Assembly (NCBI GenBank): GCA_051162585.1
Contig: DBGGTD010000622.1
Span: 1-25,271, forward strand
Source: Elainellaceae cyanobacterium
Lineage (GTDB): Bacteria; Cyanobacteriota; Cyanobacteriia; CAZCXK01
DNA: 25,271 nucleotides
Direction: 5' to 3'
In this document: in pieces, positions 7,243 to 14,877 of the stretch
Layout: the number at the start of each line of letters is the position of its first letter
Numbering within the stretch: the first letter of the stretch is position 1
The notes under the pieces: model-generated
The model's input: only the letters and a program-made list of their open reading frames with translations
Told to the model about the DNA's origin: nothing
Database searches by the model: none
Position numbers and translations under genes: made by a program

Positions 7243-8475
7243 ATGGCGCATCGTAGTCATTTGACTTTACAATTGACTTTACAATTTACACGGATGTTTG
7301 TGATTCAACCCTTAGTACTGATTGGCATTATTGCAGGGATCAGTGCTTCCGATCTGGCTGAGGCGCAGACCCTTGAACATTCAAAATCCGCGATCGCCCA
7401 ACGAACGTCTGCCCAACAAACGTCTGATAGAACCCATACCGAAACGCCTGTCGAGATCGTTGCAGAATTGGAACAGGCTCCCGGCAACGTTACGCTTACT
7501 CCTGACGGACGCATTATTTTTAGTCTTCATCAGTTCTACGAGCCAGAATACCGAGTCGTCGAGTTAGGCGATGATAATCAGTTGATTCCGTTTCCAAACC
7601 TAGAATGGGCGGATGGCATCGACGACGCAGGAAAGGGATTAGACGCGGTATTAGGAATTCAGGCTGACCCAACGGGAACTGTCTGGATGCTCGATAATGG
7701 CGGACGGACTGGTAGCACGCCTAAACTGGTCGCCTGGAATAGCGCCACCGATGAACTTGACCGAGTTATAGAGATCCCGCCGCCCGTCACTGAGGCAAAT
7801 TCGTTTGTCAATGACTTGGCCGTTGATCTCACTAATCAAGCGGTTTACATCGCAGATACGGCTCTGGGCGGAACGCCAGCGCTGATTGTAGTAGATTTAA
7901 CCACCAACATGTCTCGGCGGGTGTTGGCCGAACATGTCAGCGTGATGCCTGATGCAGACGTCGACATCATCGTTGAAGGAGAACCTATTCAGAGTCGCCA
8001 GCCTGATGGCAGTTTGGTTCAACCTAGCGTAGGGGTGAACCCCATTGCGCTCGATACCCGTAATGAATGGCTGTATTACGGTCCGATGAGTGGTACTCGT
8101 TTATACCGAATTCGGACTGAGCATTTGCTCAATCCTCAATTAACGGATGCTGAATTGGGCGATCGCGTTGAAGATTATGGCCCCCGTCCCTATTGCGACG
8201 GCATTTCTATTGATGCTGAGAACAATATTTACATCTCTGATCTTCAATCAAGCGTTGTGGGAGTTCTGCGCCCCGATCGCACTTATGAGCCGCTTGCAGC
8301 TGCCCCTTGGATGAATTGGATTGATGCATTCAGCTTTGGTCCAGATGATTATATCTATAGTGTCGTCAACGAGCTTCATCATTCTGCACCGCTAAACGGA
8401 GGGGAAGACACTGCGGAGCCTCCCTTTTATATCTTTCGTCTCACTCCACTGGCGAACGGCGTGGTGGGGCGCTAG
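7243..8475 (+). CDS. Secreted major royal jelly protein (MRJP/Yellow, L-dopachrome tautomerase-related) beta-propeller protein
   Basis: Hydrophobic N-terminal signal-like segment ending AEA-Q. PGNVTLTPDGR, LGIQAD..G.VWMLDNG, PKLVAWN, SFVNDLAVD...YIAD, ALIVVDL and CDGISID match MRJP-family proteins. An alternative start is ATG 7294. Confidence 0.8.
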   Translation: MAHRSHLTLQLTLQFTRMFVIQPLVLIGIIAGISASDLAEAQTLEHSKSAIAQRTSAQQTSDRTHTETPVEIVAELEQAPGNVTLTPDGRIIFSLHQFYEPEYRVVELGDDNQLIPFPNLEWADGIDDAGKGLDAVLGIQADPTGTVWMLDNGGRTGSTPKLVAWNSATDELDRVIEIPPPVTEANSFVNDLAVDLTNQAVYIADTALGGTPALIVVDLTTNMSRRVLAEHVSVMPDADVDIIVEGEPIQSRQPDGSLVQPSVGVNPIALDTRNEWLYYGPMSGTRLYRIRTEHLLNPQLTDAELGDRVEDYGPRPYCDGISIDAENNIYISDLQSSVVGVLRPDRTYEPLAAAPWMNWIDAFSFGPDDYIYSVVNELHHSAPLNGGEDTAEPPFYIFRLTPLANGVVGR

Positions 8476-8533
8476 GCAGAAGAGAACACACAAACGTTTG
8501 CCTCACAACCCTTTAGTGCATCTAGTTCGAGAT

Positions 8534-8651
8534 TCTCACGCTATTGCGTAAGGCTATATAGCCCTATGGGCTTAGGTTTGTGTGTAGAACCCGCGCCCCG
8601 CGCGGGTTCTACACACGTTCAGCGTCCTAACGTGAGAGCGTAAGGCTATAT
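8534..8651. repeat. REP/small-dispersed-repeat-like palindromic element (copy 1)
   Basis: Perfect 17-bp stem GTGTGTAGAACCCGCGC-CCC-GCGCGGGTTCTACACAC (8580-8616), flanked by 14-bp direct repeats GCGTAAGGCTATAT (8546-8559, 8638-8651). There is also a 7-bp IR TCTCACG/CGTGAGA (8534-8540, 8631-8637). Confidence 0.85.
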
Positions 8652-8974
8652 GAACAAAATTCATAACAAGATGCACGTAACTTTTTGAAGATCCAGGTGA
8701 GGTCTAGCTAGATTAGAGATGTCAAGTCGATACCATCAATCCATTGTTTCGCTACGACGGTAGGCAAAACTGTGGGATTGATTGTCTAAGAGGTGCAATA
8801 CCAGCCAAGAGAATCGACGGCGCATATGTGTTGTACAACCTAACGCTGATTCGACATAGGCTAAGCCTCGTTGGATTCCGTTCTTTAAAGATTAGTTTGA
8901 CCGCCTTCCAGGGGGGAGATTTCTTGTAGCTCTGGTTCGGCAAGGACATTAACAGATATCAATGGAGGTGCGAG

Positions 8975-9232
8975 ATGAGGATTTTTCAACAGGTGCAGCA
9001 TTCTCTTTCTCCACAGGGAAGAGAATTAAGTCCAGTATTTATCTGGCTGGTGATGGTGCCAACGGGGATCGTGTATTCACCCATTTGGGCGATATCTGTG
9101 GCGATCGCTCACGTTACTAAACAGCAGCCAACTCTCACTCCACTTCAGTCTGGTCAAGAATTTAGTTCACTCGAACACGAATTTACACAAGAGCTTCAGT
9201 GTCGTCGCCTCAAGGGAAACGCGCCCCTATAA
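8975..9232 (+). CDS. Possible small membrane protein (85 aa), unrecognised
   Basis: Strong SD GGAGGT at 8964-8969, 5 nt before the ATG. One hydrophobic stretch (PVFIWLVMVPTGIVYSPIWAISVAIA) and a HIP1 site lie within the ORF. No family recognised. Confidence 0.4.
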   Translation: MRIFQQVQHSLSPQGRELSPVFIWLVMVPTGIVYSPIWAISVAIAHVTKQQPTLTPLQSGQEFSSLEHEFTQELQCRRLKGNAPL

Positions 9233-9430
9233 TCGTCTAGCGATCTCTGAATGCTCACTTGCTCAATTAACTTGGTTAAGGAAGTTCGCCAAATTCTATA
9301 GCTAATTGTAAGATTTTGACGGCGTTATTCTGATCCCTGCCATACACTTAGGCTAATAGTGCTTTGGGGCTAGATTATCCGCTATCAGACCATTACAATC
9401 AGTTGTTAGTGCTCTGCTTTCTGATGCAGG

Positions 9431-11572
9431 ATGGCAGGCGCTCCGCGAAAGGTGTCGGGGATTATGGTCAGAAAAAAGCTTAACCCAATTTCAAAGCAAG
9501 CAATTCAGCCTACGGCGCATTCTGATATTCGTCTACCAGCGGAGTCGATCGATCTGTCGCAGCCGTCTGAGCCGCATCCGCATCAAACGGTGAAAATGCA
9601 GTCCGCTCAAGGTCACCAAAATCCAACCATTCGAAAGCTTCGACGAGAGGTGATTAAGTCTTCTTCCCATTTAACTCCAGCATCTGTTCCTGTGACTCGC
9701 GCCCAGTCATCGTCTCCCACTCGACCGCCCCGTCAGTCTCGTCCTCGTCAGTCGTCGTGGGATTGGTCAATTATTTGGATTGCCTTAATTAGTTTTTTTG
9801 GCGCAACGGGGGCGATCGCCTTTCAGTGGCTTACTCAGCTTCCTCCGGCTCCTAACTGCGAGCAAATCTCGCCGTTGGCGTCAGATTCAGAGCGACTTTA
9901 CTGTGCTCAGCAAGCGGCTGAAGTCGGAGATGAAGACTCGCTGGCTAACGGAATAAATCTCATCAAAGAGTGGTCAAATCAACATCCCCTGTATGACGAA
10001 GCTCAGGAGCTGATGAGTGATTGGTCAGTCACGCTGCTCAGGGTCGCCCGCTCTAAAACGGATCAGGAAAGCTTAACTGAGGCGATTTCTATCGTTAATC
10101 AAATTCCTGAGTCCAGCCCGCTCTATTCAGAGGCGCAGGCAGAGGTGGCTCAATGGAAGCAGGAGTGGCAAACAGGGAAAGCCATTTACGATAAGGCGAT
10201 CGCCGCAATTCATTCTAAAGATTGGCCGCAGGCATCTGAGCAAATTACGGCATTGGGGCAGATCCAATTCGACTATTGGAGTCAAGAGAGGTCAGAAACC
10301 TTAACCTGGCAAATCTTGAACGAAAAGCAAGCGTGGCAAGACTTAGATCAAGCAGACACGCTTGCCAAGGAAAAGAATCCAGATCAGTTGGTTGAGGCGA
10401 TCGCGCTCGTCCGTCAAATCAATCCTCAAACCGATGCATGGAAACAGGCTGAACCTCGTCTTAAAGAATGGAGCAACCGTGTCGCCAATGCCAGCTTAGA
10501 GGCACTGCAGCGGGGAAACACTCAAGCGGCAATGACACTAGCTCAGCATGTCCCTCCTGACCCGACCTTTGCGCCCAATGCGTTTGACTTAATCCAGTTT
10601 AGCCACTCTAAAACGTTAGCATCAACGACTGAGTCTGCTTGGGAACCGACCCTCCAACAGGTCTGGAATTTGTTTCAAGCGCTTGAGATCGCTCACCACA
10701 TTGAACCCACCAGCCAGTTTTATAGCCAAGCGCAAACCCAGTCTCAAACCTGGCAAGCCCATCTCCAGGATTTGATTCAGCTTCAGTTTGCAACCTGGAT
10801 TGCAGGCTTCAATCAGGAATTTGCGCTGCATGCTGCCATCGAACAGGCTAACATGGTTGGTGCTGATCGCCCCCGTCGACTGCAGGCACAAACTCTAGCA
10901 GCCCATTGGGGGCAAGAGATTCAGCGGATTCAAGATCGGCCTCTATTAGCATCTGCTCGTCGACTGGCAGAGCCGGGCACAATCGATGATTTGCAGGCGG
11001 CAATTCAACAGGCACAGCAGATTGGTCCAAATCGCGCCCTCCGTCCTGATGCCGAAACGGCGATCGCCCAGTGGACAGCTCAAATTCAAACCATTGAAGA
11101 CCAACCTATTTTAGATGAAGCCCGTCAGCTCGCTGAAGCTGGGGACTTGGCAAAAGCGATCGCTCAAGCCAGAAAAATCAACGAGGGTCGAGCGCTCTAT
11201 GATGACGCACAGGCAGCTATTCAAGATTGGCAAGACCAGATTCAGTTAGCGCGCGATCGCTCCTTACTCGATGAAGCGTCGGCTCTTGCCGCCCGAAATC
11301 GATTGACCAATGCCATCAATCTGGCTAGTCAAATTAGCCCAGGACGAGCGCTTTACGATGAAGCTCAAGCAGCGATCGCCCAATGGAGCGCTCGTCGTGC
11401 AGAAATCTGGAGCGACTGGGAAGCCGATGAGTCTCGCCCATCAGCACCGTCTTACAATGAACCGTCTTACAGCGAACCTGCCCAGTCGGGCGCTCCAGCA
11501 GACCCCTCACCCGAGAATCCCTACGATGGATATTACGATTCTCGGTACTACGATGACTATTATGGCTACTAA
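9431..11572 (+). CDS. Membrane-anchored alpha-helical repeat protein (cyanobacterial conserved hypothetical), Tyr-rich C-terminal tail
   Basis: Disordered basic/Ser-Pro N-terminus, a TM helix WSIIWIALISFFGATGAIAF, LPPAPNC...RLYCAQ, then at least 8 repeats of AIxxAxxI...(L)YxEAQxxIxxW. No Walker A motif. An alternative start is ATG 9464. Confidence 0.8.
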   Translation: MAGAPRKVSGIMVRKKLNPISKQAIQPTAHSDIRLPAESIDLSQPSEPHPHQTVKMQSAQGHQNPTIRKLRREVIKSSSHLTPASVPVTRAQSSSPTRPPRQSRPRQSSWDWSIIWIALISFFGATGAIAFQWLTQLPPAPNCEQISPLASDSERLYCAQQAAEVGDEDSLANGINLIKEWSNQHPLYDEAQELMSDWSVTLLRVARSKTDQESLTEAISIVNQIPESSPLYSEAQAEVAQWKQEWQTGKAIYDKAIAAIHSKDWPQASEQITALGQIQFDYWSQERSETLTWQILNEKQAWQDLDQADTLAKEKNPDQLVEAIALVRQINPQTDAWKQAEPRLKEWSNRVANASLEALQRGNTQAAMTLAQHVPPDPTFAPNAFDLIQFSHSKTLASTTESAWEPTLQQVWNLFQALEIAHHIEPTSQFYSQAQTQSQTWQAHLQDLIQLQFATWIAGFNQEFALHAAIEQANMVGADRPRRLQAQTLAAHWGQEIQRIQDRPLLASARRLAEPGTIDDLQAAIQQAQQIGPNRALRPDAETAIAQWTAQIQTIEDQPILDEARQLAEAGDLAKAIAQARKINEGRALYDDAQAAIQDWQDQIQLARDRSLLDEASALAARNRLTNAINLASQISPGRALYDEAQAAIAQWSARRAEIWSDWEADESRPSAPSYNEPSYSEPAQSGAPADPSPENPYDGYYDSRYYDDYYGY

Positions 11573-11591
11573 GTGGCTATCACATGAACTA

Positions 11592-12167
11592 CTACAGTGA
11601 CTGCTGATAATTAGCTCGACACGTGTCTAAAATCCGATGATCGTTATCACTCACTGCATCAATCTGATGGTAGCCTTCTAGCTCTGCGGGTGCGATCGCC
11701 GGACTATCTGCCGTTGCCACAGCAGATGGCGTTGTGATTGCGACCGAGTAAGGATAGGTATCCCGTTCATAGCTGTCGGTGATATTCAATGCAAGCTGAT
11801 TCGCCTGAAGCTCGCCATAAAAACAGTCAAACGACGAATATGGCATATAAAATGCCCCTACGACGCGATCGCCATTCACCTCAAACACCATATACGCAGC
11901 CCCGATTTCATCGGGTTGGGGCGATTGACCGTAGAGATACACGCCATTTAGCATCGATGCGGAAGACTCAGAATTAGCCGCTTGAGATGGCTCACGATTT
12001 ACAGGCGACTGCATCGCGGATGAAGACTCAATACCCTGAGCTGGCAACGCAGAAAGCCCGCCTACTATTAAACCCAGTGTGAGGAGCAAGCCGGTCAACG
12101 ACGATTTATTAAATCGATTGATGATTGAAAGCCTCGGTGGACAAAATTTTATCGTCGGATTTAACAC
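11592..12167 (-). CDS. Secreted conserved cyanobacterial hypothetical protein
   Basis: Signal-like LTGLLLTLGLIVGGLSALPAQG, plus a GVYLYGQSPQPDEIG..YMVFEV...VVGAFYMP.SSFDCFYG motif recalled from cyanobacterial hypotheticals. Two Cys could form a disulfide. Confidence 0.8.
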   Translation of the reverse strand: MLNPTIKFCPPRLSIINRFNKSSLTGLLLTLGLIVGGLSALPAQGIESSSAMQSPVNREPSQAANSESSASMLNGVYLYGQSPQPDEIGAAYMVFEVNGDRVVGAFYMPYSSFDCFYGELQANQLALNITDSYERDTYPYSVAITTPSAVATADSPAIAPAELEGYHQIDAVSDNDHRILDTCRANYQQSL

Positions 12168-12658
12168 CCTTACCTCCTCCCAAATTCAACGCTTAGCCGT
12201 AAAAGCTATAAACAGTAAATTCATCCCCTCTCTAAACGGAAAGGATGTGATGCTAAACCCATTAAACATCTCGCAGGGTCTGAGCAAACATTTAACTAAT
12301 CGAGTGATTAGATCGCTCAATCTAATGCCTTAGCCGTTTCGATCGATGGCTTAAGCAACTACTGATTTCTACACCCACTCACCCACCGATTCCTGATGAG
12401 GCATGAGACATTCGTTATTTGATGATCTCTTAGCAATCTTCTTATGTCGAGCAGCTAAGGATAGTCCGATGCAATGCCTGAATTCACCTCAGCGATCACA
12501 CAAGACACCTAATCACAAGTTGCAAGGCATCTCTATCGCACCTATACCTAATTTATACCGGATAACACGCCCTTAATTCCACCAAAAGAAGGAAAGATGT
12601 CGTTAAGACTTTTGAATCTAAACAAAATATAAACAATTGGATACTCATTTCATAACAA

Positions 12659-12685
12659 AACGGGGTATAACAGTCATACCCCGTT
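12659..12685 (-). terminator. Intrinsic terminator of sigB
   Basis: AACGGGGTAT-N7-ATACCCCGTT 10-bp stem. On the minus strand it is followed by TTTTGTT, about 45 nt after the sigB stop. Confidence 0.75.
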
Positions 12686-12729
12686 ACTTAAAACAAACCT
12701 ATCTGATCAGGAAATTTGCCCGGAGTAAA

Positions 12730-13713
12730 CTAGCTGGCCAAGTATCCTCTGACACTTGCCTTACGACGACGTAAGTGGTCTAGAGCTTTCCGTTCTAGCT
12801 GCCGAACTCGCTCCCGGCTGATGTTCATCCGTTGCCCTACTTTAGCAAGAGATAGCTCATTGCCATCATTCAAGCCAAATCGAAGTGTCAACACTTCTCG
12901 CTCTTGAGGAGTCAGCTCGGCCAGCAGATGCTCTAGATCCTGCCGCAACAACTCCTGAGTGGCATACGATTCGGGCGATAGCCCATCATCTTCTAATAGG
13001 TCTTGTAGCTCAGTATCCTGATTATCTCCCACTCGCATGTCGAGAGATACTGGCTGACGTGCCAAAATCAGATATTCCCGAATCTGGGACGGCTCTAATT
13101 CGAGGGCTTCTGCGATTTCGCCCGGCGTTGCGCTGCGCCCCAGCTTTTGCGTCAGCTCACGCTGTACCTTTTTAATTTTGTTGAGCTTTTCGGTAATGTG
13201 AATCGGCAATCGAATGGTGCGAGCTTGCTGAGCGATTGCCCTCGTGATAGCTTGACGAATCCACCAATAAGCGTACGTTGAAAACTTGTATCCTCGTGTC
13301 GGATCAAATTTTTCTACGCCGCGCTCTAAGCCCAACGTACCTTCCTGAATGAGGTCAAGAAACTCTAAGTTGCGCTTTTGATATTTCTTGGCGATCGCAA
13401 CAACCAATCGAAGATTTGCTTCGATCATCTTTTTCTTTGCCCGCTGACCCACCCGCATAATATTGCTCAGCTCTGTTTCGGTCAGCCCAGATTTTTCCGC
13501 CCACTCTTGAGCGGACGGCTCTTGATCTAAGGTTTCAGCCAGCGTCTCCTTCAGATCTAGGAGTTCCATCATTCGCTGGACTTGCTTACCAAATACAATT
13601 TCTTGCTCGTGAGTCAAAAGGGGAACACGACCAATTTCATGCAGATAGGTTCTGACCATATCTGCAGTAAACATCGGTTTTGGTGTCTTGGCTTTTAAAT
13701 CTACTGTTTGCAT
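12730..13713 (-). CDS. sigB: Group 2 RNA polymerase sigma factor, SigB-like
   Basis: [59 protein letters not shown] and region 4 SRERVRQLE closely match cyanobacterial SigB as recalled. The likely start is ATG 13713; the ORF extends to 13785. Confidence 0.9.
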   Translation of the reverse strand: MQTVDLKAKTPKPMFTADMVRTYLHEIGRVPLLTHEQEIVFGKQVQRMMELLDLKETLAETLDQEPSAQEWAEKSGLTETELSNIMRVGQRAKKKMIEANLRLVVAIAKKYQKRNLEFLDLIQEGTLGLERGVEKFDPTRGYKFSTYAYWWIRQAITRAIAQQARTIRLPIHITEKLNKIKKVQRELTQKLGRSATPGEIAEALELEPSQIREYLILARQPVSLDMRVGDNQDTELQDLLEDDGLSPESYATQELLRQDLEHLLAELTPQEREVLTLRFGLNDGNELSLAKVGQRMNISRERVRQLERKALDHLRRRKASVRGYLAS

Positions 13714-13780
13714 GGGAACGAGGTATCGCGTCAAACACAGCTTGGTTTTTGAAGCTCCCAATGATCTAAATCGTTGGGAG

Positions 13781-13789
13781 AGCATAACA
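13781..13789 (-). promoter_or_regulatory. Candidate extended -10 promoter (TGtTATGCT) for sigB
   Basis: The minus strand reads TGTTATGCT, a TGn + TAnnnT pattern about 70 nt upstream of ATG 13713. No clear -35 element. Confidence 0.4.
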
Positions 13790-14760
13790 TAAGGATTCGG
13801 AAGTTTACTCTTTCGTCCTTAGGAGATTAAGCGGCGAGTGTTAAAAATGCGTGTTTCAGTGCAGTGGAATTGGACTCTCTGGAAATAACGAAACGTATTA
13901 CAACACCATTTAGTTAAAGAACACTTAGCCTCACCTGAGCCTCTCTAGCAGTCTCAGATATGAAATTCACTTCGCTACATCAAATCCAGTCCTAAAATTC
14001 TAAGGCTTTGAAGCTTACAACCGACCCCAAATCACCAAATCCCTAACGAATCCCTGAATCTAAAGTCGAAATCATTATGAGTTCACCTTAAAGATTAGGA
14101 TATTATAAGTCTACGCCCAAGTAAAGACTTAAAGACTCATCCTGTAGGGTGAATCATCAGCAGGAACTTGGCTAATTGATTCTGGGTTTAAAAAATGTAT
14201 CTCAAGCCCTGAGACATTCTATTACTCATGATTAAACTAGTTAGCCTAGCGGTAGCCGTTTATTTCAACCTAAAAACATTTAGGCTATGTCATCATTGTC
14301 ATCTAAATGCTTATAAGACGATAGGAAAAATACATAGGGATAACCGAACAATTATCCAAAAAATGTTTGTGAAGCGCAATCATTAGAAGCTCCGAGAACC
14401 CGTGTTATGAGGGCTCGAATAGGTTTGGATAAATTTTATCTGTCGCGCTGATTAGGCAGGTCAGAGCATCTATCTATGTATGTCGAAGAAACTCCTTAAA
14501 CTGTTCCTATCAGATTTTCCTGAGAAGAAGCTGAATAGTATCTAATTAAACTCGTCATTTTTTACTGACGATTATACTGAGTCTTATCGCTCGATCATTT
14601 AACAGAAACCGTAATGATTAAAATCATTTATCCTACTAGGCAAACCGATTTCGTGTCTCTCTATTCAATCAACAGAGGCAAGCAAATGCTCGCCCCCAAA
14701 TTTATCTTAAGGATCATTTAAGAATCTCATCGCGAAGTTACGGAAAATTGAGATGTGTAG

Positions 14761-14841
14761 AGGGCAGAAGGCAGAAGGCAGAAGGCAGAAGGCAGAGGGC
14801 AGAAGGCAGAGGGCAGAGGGCAGAGGGCAGAAGGCAGAGGG
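14761..14841. repeat. Heptamer tandem repeat array (A[A/G]GGCAG) x11, STRR-like
   Basis: 11 complete units at 14761-14837 plus a partial AGGG. The array lies about 40 nt downstream of the herA stop. Confidence 0.95.
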
Positions 14842-14877
14842 AATGCTCTGATTGACTCGATCTTCACTATTCGCCTA

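Noticed and set aside
8744-8949. Two overlapping 61-65 aa ORFs on opposite strands
   Set aside because: No SD, motif or family similarity; probably spurious.
9431-11572. SMC/chromosome segregation ATPase
   Set aside because: No Walker A/B motifs; it is a TM-anchored helical-repeat protein.
12665-12679. NtcA site
   Set aside because: Spacing is GTA-N9-TAC rather than N8, and it lies within the sigB terminator hairpin.
13818-13844. CIRCE (HrcA) operator upstream of sigB
   Set aside because: The right half GAGTGTTAA is 8/9, but the left half does not match TTAGCACTC at N9 spacing.
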